DNA of 25,488 nt from a virus (IMGVR_UViG_3300048847_000003:1-25488), one strand, 5' to 3'. Positions 8,345-17,694 are shown, counted from the stretch's first letter. The notes: generated by a model from the sequence alone, not told the origin. A program made the numbers and translations.

Positions 8345-8366
8345 GTGTCCGCTCTCCGGAGGCTCC

Positions 8367-8750
8367 ATGCGCCTAGTTGATCTCGATGATTTGATTGCAA
8401 TTGAAAACGTTTCGGCACTGGCGGGCGTATCCAATCCGACCGTCCTTCAGTTGGTCAAGCGTGGCGAGCTACCGGCACCGTACAAGATCGGCCCCAGGTG
8501 CAGCATGTTCAGCCGGTCGGCTGTCCGCGCAGCGCTTGGCCTGCGAGATGACCCGCTGAGTTCCGAGCGCCTGACCTCGCAGGCCGCCGCCGCCTTGCTT
8601 GGCGTCTCGGTTCAACGCCTTCGCACTATGGGAGCGAAGGGCGAAGGCCCGCCAGCGCATCGTCAGGGAAAGCGAGGTGTGCGCTTCCTTCGCCACGAGG
8701 TTCTGGCGTACTTGGAGGCAACGAACCATCCCGCAGCCGTTGGGAATTGA
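8367..8750 (+). CDS. AlpA/excisionase-like protein with two tandem HTH domains
   Basis: RBS GGAGG. Domain 1: VSALAGVSNPTVLQLVKRGELPAPYKIG. Domain 2: LTSQAAAALLGVSVQRLRTM...GPP...VRFLRHEVLAYL. Confidence 0.85.
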   Translation: MRLVDLDDLIAIENVSALAGVSNPTVLQLVKRGELPAPYKIGPRCSMFSRSAVRAALGLRDDPLSSERLTSQAAAALLGVSVQRLRTMGAKGEGPPAHRQGKRGVRFLRHEVLAYLEATNHPAAVGN

Positions 8751-9045
8751 TTTGTTATGATATGGAAAAACGTCTTGATCTTCGGTCTTAGACCGATCAA
8801 ACTCCTTATATCCAAAGAAGAAGGGCCAGTCGCTCGTCACAGCAACCGGCCCCAGTCTTCTTGGATAAGCAGTTCGTCGTCATCGCGTCCGTAAGACTTG
8901 GACACCTTGCAACGCGGTGACAATCGCCAGTTTACCCGTGAGCAGCTATTGTCATTCACCGCCCACTGTAACTCCGATGAACTTAGTCGAGTCGTTGAGA
9001 GAAATCAACGGTTATCGGCCGTTTATCACGTACAGGCGCGGCAAT

Positions 9046-9375
9046 ATGACGATGACTGACACGGCGATAAGGGCAAGGAGTTTGCCTGTGCGTATCGCTA
9101 ACACTATCGTTAAGGCCGCAGCGGATCGTCAGATCACCACGATCGCGCCGCTCCATATCCTATCGTTTCATGCCGCCGTTGCTGACGATCAAGGCCGCAG
9201 CCCTGCTGATCCCCGACATATTGCCGAAGCCACCGGCTATGGAATCACTACCGTCTATCGCTCTCTGAGCAGCCTTGAGGAATGGGGCTATATCACGTGG
9301 GATCGGTCACCTAACCGCAAAGGCGGTGAGGCCGGTATGGTCCGAATCATCCCGACTGATCTTCCCGACGCATAA
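9046..9375 (+). CDS. Winged-HTH protein
   Basis: IAEATGYGITTVYRSLSSLEEWGYI; start codon uncertain. Confidence 0.7.
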   Translation: MTMTDTAIRARSLPVRIANTIVKAAADRQITTIAPLHILSFHAAVADDQGRSPADPRHIAEATGYGITTVYRSLSSLEEWGYITWDRSPNRKGGEAGMVRIIPTDLPDA

Positions 9376-9387
9376 TCGGGGAAGATC

Positions 9388-12300
9388 ATGCTGGATACCT
9401 ACCACCGCCACCCGCAAGGGATGGCGAAGAACCCCGACTCACGCCACCTCACCGACGAAGAACGCCGTCGCATCCGTGACCGCGCGCTGGATATCGTTGT
9501 CGCCCGTCGTGGCGAACCTACCGTTAAAGCCCGCACCTACTGGCGCTGGGGCAACAAGGCTGGCCTAAAGGTCAACTTTGCCGGTCCTTATGCCGGTACT
9601 TGGTACGACTGGGACGGCGAAGCTCACGGCGACATGATCGCCTGGATACAGCGCGAGTACGATTGTGGTTTCCGCGAAGCGATAGAGATCGCACTTCAGG
9701 AGCGCGAACCAGATCCGATCATCGCCAAGGTCAAGGCCAAGGCGTCGGTCGAGAAGGCTATCGACCAGTCCGCTTTCGCTCGCCAGCAGCTCCACGACAT
9801 CCGTCCGGTTCTCAACACGCCGGCCTTCACGTACCTGACCGAGTTCCGCGGCATCCCTTCCGATGTCGTACATGCTCTCGACGCCGCAGGCGTGATCAGG
9901 TTCCTGCCCCGCCATAAGAGCAATCCTGGATCGGTCTACACCGCCCCCGCCTTCGCCTTGCTCGCCTCCGACCTTAACGGCAAAGTCCATGGCTTCCAGG
10001 CGGTCCGGCTTCAGGCCAACGGCAATAAACGCGAAGGTCGCGCTGTCAAACTGTCCTGCGGCGCGCTGAAGGACAACGCTGCTGCTGGCTGGCTCTCTCG
10101 TGGAGCCGGTGACGTGATCCTTGCTGAAGGCCCGGAAGACGCCATAACCGCCTATGCGGTACGGCCCGACGACATGGTTGGTGCGGCGCTTGGCGGTATC
10201 AAGCGGCTAGTCGTGGCTGGTGCCATTCCAGCCGGTCGTCGAACCGTCATAGTAGCCCAGAACGACGATTCCGATAGCAACGCCGCTAAGTCCCTGCGCG
10301 AAGCCTGCGAAATGCTGGTCGCTGAAGGCTTCGAAGTCCTGCTGGCCTATCCCCCTGCCGGTATCAAGGACGCCAATGACCTGTTGCGTGAGCGCGGCCT
10401 GGATGCTGTTCGGGCCATGCTCGACAACGCGCGCCCGTTCCTTCCGCCTACCCCGCCCAAAGGCAAGGCCGATGAAGCTTTGGCCGAGATCGACAAGGCG
10501 ACCAAGCCGGAACCGTACTGGCCGCGTTGCGATCAGGACGCCATCACCGCGTCGCGCCAACTGAACGCCTTGATCGAGGAGTGGATGTGCCGTGTCGAGC
10601 GCTGGCTTGATGCGAAAACCTTCTCGTCCGATCAGGAGTCCGCCTTCCTTCATGAAGGCATGACCAAGGCCGAGAAGCGTCAGGTCAGACGCCAGATCGC
10701 GGAAGCCACCCGCAACCAGTTTCCGGACGTGGATCTGAAGAACCCGCCGCGCCTTCAGATCGCCGCCGCTGCCGGTCTTGGCAAGTCGTCTACCTTGAGA
10801 AAGGCATACCTGCGCCACCCGAAGCTTTGGCGCTATCAGTTCCATGGTTTCCTGCCGACACTCAAACTGGCCGCCGAGTTTGAAGAGAAGATGCTGGGAG
10901 CCATTGATGGGTCACTCGACGCTCCCATGGTCGCGCTTCATAAAGGCAGGAGCCACGAGTGCCAGCGTCCCGGTACCATGCTCCTGGCTGGCAAAGTGCC
11001 GTCTCTGTATTCGGCAACATGCAAGTTCGGAGAGATCGAGTGCCGGTACTATGCCGCGTGCGGCTACATCAATTCCTGGCTCAACCAAGGGCCTGGAATG
11101 CACCTGTTCGTTCATGACTACATGACGCTTCCTAAGATCCTGAAGTTCCCCACGGCCGATTTCGCCTTCGTTGACGAAGACGCTACGCAAACCCTTCTGT
11201 CGCACTCGGCTATCGGCGCATCAGTCCTGGCCGAGCCGCCGACCTACCAGACGGCCGCCTTGACCGACGAACAGGAGATCGCCGCAGCTCTCGGTCTGCG
11301 CGTCATGGTCGCTCTTACCAGCGGCAGCCCGATACTTAGCGCTCTACGCGCTGCTGGTGTCACTAAGAAGGACTTGCAGAAGCTGGCTTCATGGTGCGAG
11401 CCAACTGACCAGGGACCGCTGATCAATCCCGGCATGAGCGAGAAGCAGATCGCCGCCCTGGCTTCGCGTCTCAAGGTCCATGACGGTGAGATTGTCGGCC
11501 GGATCATGCGCCAGCTTGCCCGTGAATTGCGTTATGACCGCGCCGATGCCCATGGTGTTGCTTACTACGGCCATGGCAAAGGCCACGATGCCGAAGCCGA
11601 AGGCAAGATCAGCCTTCACCGTACGAAAAAGATTAGGTCTGTGCCGAAGGGCATCCCGCTCCTTATCATCGACGCCGACGCGGACCTGACAACGAACCGT
11701 ATCTTGTACGGTGAAAGCCTTGTCGGTCGCCAGATCAACGCACCCCGCAAAGGTCGCGTCGTCCAGGTCAGCAACGCCACGCTGGCAAAATCCTATGTCG
11801 CTCCGGAGTTGGCGTTTAGAACCAAGACGCCCGACGAAGCCATGGTCGCCCGCGCCCAGGCTGTGCGCGCTTCGATCCTGGCCTTCATTGCGGCTAAGGC
11901 TATTGGCGGCAAGCGCGTCCTGATCGGGACCAATAAGCCTATCCGACGCATGTTTACCGGCGAGCCGGAAGGCAAACTGCCGGTATCCATAGAAGCCCAT
12001 GGCGTGACATGGACCCACTATGGCGCCATCCTCGGTGTAGATGATTGGAAAACCTACGATGTGGTGATCCTGATAGGCCGCGAGCAGATCACCGCCGGCG
12101 ATGCTGAACGCCAAGCCCGCGCGATCTACTGCGACTGCCCGGACGCTCTGAACCTGACCGGCGAGTATCGCAAGGTCGAACGACACCACCGCCTGCGCGA
12201 TGGCTCAACCGTTGGCGTCGATGTGTACGAGCACGAAGAAGTCCGTGTGCAGCATTGTGTCGAGGCCAAACGCGAACGGCAGATGGGCCAGATGATCGAC

Positions 12301-13005
12301 CGCCTGCGTCTGATCCATGGCAGCGAGAACCGCGAGATATTCATCCTGTGCAACCTGCCGCTACCCGGCATCGAGGTTGACGAGATGACCACGCTCGAAA
12401 AACTTCTGAATGACAAGACCCCTCAGCAGCAATTACAGCGACTGATCGACTATGCCCGCGCCCAGTGGGGAGTCCTGCCTCTGGTTCCTGAGTTCCTGGC
12501 TGAGAACGCTAAGGAGATCGTAGGTTCGGTCCGAACAGCCCGTCGAATGGTCAAGGAGTTCAACACTCAATTGACGGCCAACGCGCAATTAGATTCTCTA
12601 TTGCGCGTTGGCCGTCTATCGACTGCGAGGTTCTGGCGGAAGGTTATCAACCAGAAATTCCCTTCTGTGGCCTTGTTCTTTGACGGTCGAGCCAATGGTA
12701 CGCTTGCCCTGGAAAAGCTCTTTGGTCGCGTCGAAGTCCAGGCCAAGGCCGACGACGATATGGCCGAAAGCGTCGAGACGGTCGAAGAGATCGAAGATGT
12801 CCAGGAGGCCGCCGCGCCTTTTCAGGAGGGCATTGCGGTTGGACGGCCTGATGCCTCCCCTCCCGTCGTCCAGAGCGCTCGCCCGCTCTCAATTCGTCCG
12901 CTTGGCTATGCTTTTTCGAACGCTCTGCCGGGATACATCAGCAGCCATAGCTTAGGCTTGTCTCGAAAGCTATGTGGTGCCGAGTTGGAGGCTCTGCTAG
13001 AATGA
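9388..13005 (+). CDS. Toprim primase fused to a helicase-like P-loop domain
   Basis: WYDW..GDMIAWI N-domain, YLTEFRGI, Toprim AEGPED / AQNDD / KDANDLL, Walker A AAAGLGKS, four-Cys cluster, FVDED, QMIDRLR. Confidence 0.85.
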   Translation: MLDTYHRHPQGMAKNPDSRHLTDEERRRIRDRALDIVVARRGEPTVKARTYWRWGNKAGLKVNFAGPYAGTWYDWDGEAHGDMIAWIQREYDCGFREAIEIALQEREPDPIIAKVKAKASVEKAIDQSAFARQQLHDIRPVLNTPAFTYLTEFRGIPSDVVHALDAAGVIRFLPRHKSNPGSVYTAPAFALLASDLNGKVHGFQAVRLQANGNKREGRAVKLSCGALKDNAAAGWLSRGAGDVILAEGPEDAITAYAVRPDDMVGAALGGIKRLVVAGAIPAGRRTVIVAQNDDSDSNAAKSLREACEMLVAEGFEVLLAYPPAGIKDANDLLRERGLDAVRAMLDNARPFLPPTPPKGKADEALAEIDKATKPEPYWPRCDQDAITASRQLNALIEEWMCRVERWLDAKTFSSDQESAFLHEGMTKAEKRQVRRQIAEATRNQFPDVDLKNPPRLQIAAAAGLGKSSTLRKAYLRHPKLWRYQFHGFLPTLKLAAEFEEKMLGAIDGSLDAPMVALHKGRSHECQRPGTMLLAGKVPSLYSATCKFGEIECRYYAACGYINSWLNQGPGMHLFVHDYMTLPKILKFPTADFAFVDEDATQTLLSHSAIGASVLAEPPTYQTAALTDEQEIAAALGLRVMVALTSGSPILSALRAAGVTKKDLQKLASWCEPTDQGPLINPGMSEKQIAALASRLKVHDGEIVGRIMRQLARELRYDRADAHGVAYYGHGKGHDAEAEGKISLHRTKKIRSVPKGIPLLIIDADADLTTNRILYGESLVGRQINAPRKGRVVQVSNATLAKSYVAPELAFRTKTPDEAMVARAQAVRASILAFIAAKAIGGKRVLIGTNKPIRRMFTGEPEGKLPVSIEAHGVTWTHYGAILGVDDWKTYDVVILIGREQITAGDAERQARAIYCDCPDALNLTGEYRKVERHHRLRDGSTVGVDVYEHEEVRVQHCVEAKRERQMGQMIDRLRLIHGSENREIFILCNLPLPGIEVDEMTTLEKLLNDKTPQQQLQRLIDYARAQWGVLPLVPEFLAENAKEIVGSVRTARRMVKEFNTQLTANAQLDSLLRVGRLSTARFWRKVINQKFPSVALFFDGRANGTLALEKLFGRVEVQAKADDDMAESVETVEEIEDVQEAAAPFQEGIAVGRPDASPPVVQSARPLSIRPLGYAFSNALPGYISSHSLGLSRKLCGAELEALLE

Positions 13006-13277
13006 GCAAGCGCACATCAATCAACTTCACGATGGGGTCAAAGATGCAACGCGATCAGAGACAGGATAAGTCGATTGACTACCTGAACCGGTTGGATAAC
13101 TACAGGCTGTCCAACGAGGAATTTCTTGATCGTAATTTTGGGCCCGGAACGTGGACGCACGATCCATTTACGAACGACTACTATGTGTTCGATAGCACCT
13201 ATACCGGCCCAGGTCGGGGCTATCTGGTTCTCGATCAGGACCTGCGCCAAGCTCCTATCGCCTTCCTTCTGAACTAG
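13002..13277 (+). CDS. Hypothetical protein (91 aa)
   Basis: ATGA overlap with the primase stop, GGAGG upstream, terminator downstream. Confidence 0.7.
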   Translation: MSKRTSINFTMGSKMQRDQRQDKSIDYLNRLDNYRLSNEEFLDRNFGPGTWTHDPFTNDYYVFDSTYTGPGRGYLVLDQDLRQAPIAFLLN

Positions 13278-13317
13278 CAGCAGCGGCGACAGCGCCGCAC
13301 CCACCCCCGCGACCATG

Positions 13318-13345
13318 AAGCCCCGCCATTCGGTGGGGCTTTTTT
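13318..13345 (+). terminator. Rho-independent terminator
   Basis: AAGCCCCGCC-ATTC-GGTGGGGCTT followed by TTTT. Confidence 0.85.
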
Positions 13346-13438
13346 CGTGGCCGCACGCAATTGATCCCCGATTTCATAATGAAAGAGGAAGAAAGGAATA
13401 GTACAAGGATAATCATAGACCAACAGGGTTTGTCTATA

Positions 13439-13638
13439 ATGGAAACTTTATCCTTAGTAGAAATTCTGCGAGCTATCAAAGAGTTCACCGGGGAAAATCT
13501 GTATCCTATCAGGTTCTATACCGAAGGATTATCGACGGTGATTTAGACGGCGAGAAGGGGCGAAACGGACATTGGTTCGTCAAGCGTGAAGACGTTCCCC
13601 GCATTGCTCAATTCTTTGGTCTGACGGGGAAGGAATAA
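13439..13638 (+). pseudogene. Frameshifted small excisionase/HTH-like gene
   Basis: METLSLVEILRAIKEFTG in frame 0 joins KSVSYQVLYRRIIDGDLDGEKGRNGHWFVKREDVPRIAQFFGLTGKE* in the -1 frame at GGGGAAAA (13490-13497). The -1 frame has no start codon of its own. Confidence 0.6.
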
Positions 13639-13641
13639 CCC

Positions 13642-14157
13642 ATGGCATCTCTCGAAGAACTTGAAAGCCAGAACGAGACGCTGAAGCGCAGGCTTGCAGA
13701 GGTCGAACTGGAGAACGCTGGCCTCAAGCGCCAGCATGAGCGCGACGTGCTCGCCCAGCACATCACGGCCGTCGCCCACGACGCTGGCATCCATGGCTCG
13801 GCAATCCCCTACGTGGTCGAGCGCGCGGTTGCCTCCGGAGAATGGAAGCTCAACAGCAAAGATGAGCTCTACCGCGTCGAAAACGGCGTGCCGGTGGTCG
13901 ATCACGCGACGGGCGACTACATCAGCCCGCTTCGCTGGATGAAGCAATCGCTGCGCAAAGATGCGCCGCACCTGTTTGTCGATCCCGAGCAAGCAGCCGG
14001 CTCTCCTGGCTCTACTGCTGGCGTCCGGAACCCATGGCTCCCGCAATTCTGGTCGATGACCGAACAGGGAAATTTGTACCGCAAAGACAAGGCCATGGCC
14101 GAGAAGCTGGCGGCCGAGGCCGGTTCCCGCGTCGGCGCATCCAGGCCGAGCAGGTAA
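13642..14157 (+). CDS. Phage capsid scaffolding-like protein
   Basis: N-terminal coiled coil; C-terminal NPW...WSMTEQGNLYRKD...AEKLAAEAG motif of the kind seen in phage scaffold proteins; adjacent to the portal gene. Confidence 0.65.
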   Translation: MASLEELESQNETLKRRLAEVELENAGLKRQHERDVLAQHITAVAHDAGIHGSAIPYVVERAVASGEWKLNSKDELYRVENGVPVVDHATGDYISPLRWMKQSLRKDAPHLFVDPEQAAGSPGSTAGVRNPWLPQFWSMTEQGNLYRKDKAMAEKLAAEAGSRVGASRPSR

Positions 14158-14169
14158 GGAAGCGCACCC

Positions 14170-15663
14170 ATGTATATCGCCCCCGCCGTCGCTCCTGATC
14201 ACGTCCCTGGCAGTTCCCCGACCGAGAAGCACCAGGATTACCTTGAGGCCATCAACGCATGGACGCGAACGCGCGCCATGCTCAAAGGCGCGGACGGCAT
14301 CAAGGAACACGCCGACCAGTACATTCCGATCCTGCCCGAGCACCTGGCGCGACCGGACAGCCGCCGTGCCTATGTCGAGCGCACGCCGGTCTATCCGGCC
14401 AGTGGACGAGCCGCGGATAGCTTGGTTTCGGCCATCTTCAGGCGCGATCCACAGGTTAAAGTCCCGGCGCGCTTCGATGCTCGCCTCGACAACATCGACG
14501 GCCGGGGAAACGCCCTTTATAGCTTCAGCCAGAAGGTCGTGCGCGAAGTCCTCGCCCTCGGGCGGCATGGACTGTTGATCGATTTGCCATCCCTGGACAC
14601 GCCCGCCAACGAGCCGCCGTATATCTCCAGCTACACGGCCGAGAACATCCTGAACTGGCGGTCCCGCCTGATCAACGGCCAGTACGTTTTGGATCAGGTC
14701 GTGCTTCATGAGCAGGCTTCGACCGCTGCCGAGTTTGGCTCGATCCATCGGGCGCAATACCGGATTTTGGAACTTGATGACAGCGGTTTGTACCGCGTCC
14801 GCATTTTCCAGCAGGTCGCGAGCGGCGAAGTTGTCGAGATCGACCGCATCGAGCCGACCACCTGGGGGCGGAAGCGGCTTGACCGCATCCCCTTCGTGTT
14901 TCTCAGCGCGCTCGATACCGGCCCCGATATCAAGCGCAGCCCCATGCTCGACCTGATCGACGCGAACCTCGATCACGTCAAAGTCGCTGCTGATCTCGCA
15001 ACCAGTCTGTTCAAAGTCTCCAGTCCTACGCTCCTAGTCGTCGGTCTTGATGAGCATACCTTGCCGAGCCGCGACGTCCACATGGGCGGCACCATTGTGC
15101 TTCCCGCCGGAGCCTCCGCAGAAATGCTGGAGTTCCGGGGCGACGGCCTAGGTGCCCTGGAGCGTCAGCTTGACCGATTTGAGAGGCATATGGCGCACCT
15201 CGGCGCACGCCTCTTGGAACAGCCCAAGCGCGCGGCAGAAACCGCAGAGACAACCCGTTTAAAGCAGCATGGCGAGACAAGTGTTCTTGCAAGCGTTGCC
15301 AGAACAGTTAGCAATGGCATCAGGTCAGCGCTAGAAATCGCATGCCAGTGGGAAGGATTGGGCGGCGAAATCGCGTTTGAATTGAATTCCGATTTCTTCG
15401 ACGCGACCATGGAACCGGCGATGCTGGCCGAGCTAATGCGCGCTGTTCAATCTGGTTACATGCCGGTTGATGACCTGTACTGGAATTTAAAGCGCGGTGA
15501 GTTGCTGCGACCAGAGTTGACCGTTGAGCAATACCGGGCCGAGATCGAAACCGACCCTCTGATAGTCGCCGGTCGTCCTGATCCGCTCGCCCTCAACACC
15601 GCCAAAGACGACGAGCCGGAGGAAGACGACGAGGAAGACGATCACGAGCAGGAGGACGCCTGA
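14170..15663 (+). CDS. Phage portal protein (DUF4055-like)
   Basis: AYVERT, NIDGRGNAL, GRHGLLID.P, PYISSYTAENILNWR, IPFVF, PMLDLIDANLDH, GARLL, AETAE, LNSDF; 497 aa with an acidic tail. Confidence 0.85.
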   Translation: MYIAPAVAPDHVPGSSPTEKHQDYLEAINAWTRTRAMLKGADGIKEHADQYIPILPEHLARPDSRRAYVERTPVYPASGRAADSLVSAIFRRDPQVKVPARFDARLDNIDGRGNALYSFSQKVVREVLALGRHGLLIDLPSLDTPANEPPYISSYTAENILNWRSRLINGQYVLDQVVLHEQASTAAEFGSIHRAQYRILELDDSGLYRVRIFQQVASGEVVEIDRIEPTTWGRKRLDRIPFVFLSALDTGPDIKRSPMLDLIDANLDHVKVAADLATSLFKVSSPTLLVVGLDEHTLPSRDVHMGGTIVLPAGASAEMLEFRGDGLGALERQLDRFERHMAHLGARLLEQPKRAAETAETTRLKQHGETSVLASVARTVSNGIRSALEIACQWEGLGGEIAFELNSDFFDATMEPAMLAELMRAVQSGYMPVDDLYWNLKRGELLRPELTVEQYRAEIETDPLIVAGRPDPLALNTAKDDEPEEDDEEDDHEQEDA

Positions 15664-16724
15664 TGGCCGACCAGGGCGAAGTGGTCTCGGCCACTGAGGA
15701 GCTTGCCGATGTGGTCATCCTGCTTGCGCTCGCCTTGCTTCGCTACAATGCCTTCCTTCGCCGTCGCGCGCTCCTTCACCTCGAGGAGTTGCGCGTCGAG
15801 ATAACCCGCGAAGTCGCGGCCCTCGACCTGGGCCAGCCTAACCGCTTTCTAATGGTCCAGGCACTGGACGAGCCTCTAACGGCGTTGATCCAGGCGGCGT
15901 ATCAAGAGGTTGACCGCGAACTTCGGCGCGAACTGATCTCGCTTGCTGGCCTGATCTCCGACCTGATCGCGGTGAAGATCGACGAGGCCGTTGGCCGAAG
16001 CGGCATAGGCAGGAAACTGGCGGCGGAAGCGCAGCAGCTCGCCGTCACCAACGCGCTGATCGACGGCGCTACTATCTCGGCCTGGCTGTCGTCGCAGGCC
16101 GGGAACTTGCTGTTCTCCCTGCGACGGGCGCTCAATGCCGCCGCGTCCAATCGGGCAAACCCCACCGAACTCACCAAGGCCATCCGCGAGACGGTAGAGG
16201 CGGCGGAACGCCACGCCATGCCGGTAGTGCGGACCGCCGTAACCGCCGTTCTCGGTACGGCTATGGTGGCAATCGTCGTCCAGAACAAGGCGACATTGCG
16301 CGGCTACATCCACGTGTCATGTCTTGACTCGAAAACTACCGAGACCTGTACGAAGCGCGCAGGTCTGAAGTGGCTGGTCGATGGATCGCCGGTCAATCAT
16401 GACAAGCCATTCAGGGTTCCTCCGCTCCATCTTGGCTGTCGATCGCACCTCACCCCTTGGTTCCACTCCGCGCGTGAGATGTATCCCGCCGCCGCCGCGG
16501 CCGTCCGCGCTGCTGGACGTGAAGCCGCATTTGGTGACCGCCCGGTGGTCGATCCGGAACTTGGGACTTGGCTCGCCCAGCGTCCGGTCAAGCAGCAAGC
16601 AGCCATCGTCGGCAAGGCCAAGCTAGACGCCTGGAAGGCCGGGACGATCACGACCGCTGCACTCCTTGACCAGTCATCGCGCCCGCTCAATATCGAGCAA
16701 ATCCGTAAAATACTCTTTTTATAA
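15663..16724 (+). CDS. Phage head morphogenesis/minor capsid protein (Mu F / SPP1 gp7 family)
   Basis: VRTA..., SCLDSKTTETC, PPLHLGCRS, WLAQ.P..QQ..IVG; TGATG coupling to the portal gene. Confidence 0.85.
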   Translation: MADQGEVVSATEELADVVILLALALLRYNAFLRRRALLHLEELRVEITREVAALDLGQPNRFLMVQALDEPLTALIQAAYQEVDRELRRELISLAGLISDLIAVKIDEAVGRSGIGRKLAAEAQQLAVTNALIDGATISAWLSSQAGNLLFSLRRALNAAASNRANPTELTKAIRETVEAAERHAMPVVRTAVTAVLGTAMVAIVVQNKATLRGYIHVSCLDSKTTETCTKRAGLKWLVDGSPVNHDKPFRVPPLHLGCRSHLTPWFHSAREMYPAAAAAVRAAGREAAFGDRPVVDPELGTWLAQRPVKQQAAIVGKAKLDAWKAGTITTAALLDQSSRPLNIEQIRKILFL

Positions 16725-16940
16725 AAATTATATGGAATTGATTAAATACACTATATTTTGTATTACCAATAGGAGGACTAGCAGGTACTCTAATTGTCTT
16801 ACCTATACGCTTTAGGTAACTTTTTATAATAATAGAGGGTTTCAATTAGAAATTGATAATACACCATAAGCAGCAAAAATTCAGACCCACAAGCTTGCTA
16901 TTATCAGAGACTAACATTCTACACTTTCTTGGAGAATTAT

Positions 16941-17507
16941 GTGTCTCAGGCTTCAGCAACCTCCCCAAATCGCAGGCGCGGTCCGCGAATTATCGAAATT
17001 ATCTTGACGAACCGTGAGTTGGAGCTTGCTGCCAACATTGCATTCATTAGACAGCACGGTAAGGAAAACTACTCTTCAACGAATAATTATAGAAAATCCG
17101 CCGAGACTTCGATAAACATACACACAGATGGAGCCGAAGGCGAGATAGCGGCTGCTAAATATTTTGGAGTTTCTGTCGATAATGAAGAAATCATCGATGG
17201 TGACAGCGGAACTGATTTGATTATTGCTGGCTGGCGGATTGACATACAAACAACAATTTATAAGCCTGCTTACCTAAAATATGACGGCTCACATACATTT
17301 CGTGCGGATATTGCGGTACTTGTTCGCAAAGCTTCGTCAAATCGTTTCGAGTTTATTGGCTACATCGAGAGAAGTTCTTTTAATTTAAAGAAGAAACCTC
17401 GCAACTTTGGTCATGGCATGCGTGACACAGTGGGGTGGATTGATCTGGAGCCTATCGAAGGGCTTAAAAACTTTTGCGAACAACAACCTAAAGTTATAGA
17501 AATTTAG
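16941..17507 (+). CDS. Putative restriction-endonuclease-fold (PD-(D/E)XK-like) protein
   Basis: GTG 16941 after GGAG; GAEGEIAAAKY...DSGTDL...IDIQTT...ADIAVLV. Confidence 0.55.
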   Translation: MSQASATSPNRRRGPRIIEIILTNRELELAANIAFIRQHGKENYSSTNNYRKSAETSINIHTDGAEGEIAAAKYFGVSVDNEEIIDGDSGTDLIIAGWRIDIQTTIYKPAYLKYDGSHTFRADIAVLVRKASSNRFEFIGYIERSSFNLKKKPRNFGHGMRDTVGWIDLEPIEGLKNFCEQQPKVIEI

Positions 17508-17694
17508 ATAGTACACTGGATTGAACTAAAAATTTTTATCCGGCCGAGTCGGTGAGACAGGAACGGAATCGAAATTGGTTTGGCACCGGCTACCGATCTT
17601 TTCATCTGCCTGAGAAGAGTCGGTAGCCGTTGCTCTGTATGTTCCCATATCCCTTGAAGCACACACGGATTTGATTTTGGCAGTACCTGAAGCT

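Noticed and set aside
13543-14976. 477-aa minus-strand ORF
   Set aside because: Antisense to the scaffold and portal genes, which have clear family motifs
16715-16745. Extra dif-like site after the gpF-like gene (and a similar TATGGAA near 8761)
   Set aside because: The TAA-N6-TTATG register is not met; likely chance matches in AT-rich DNA
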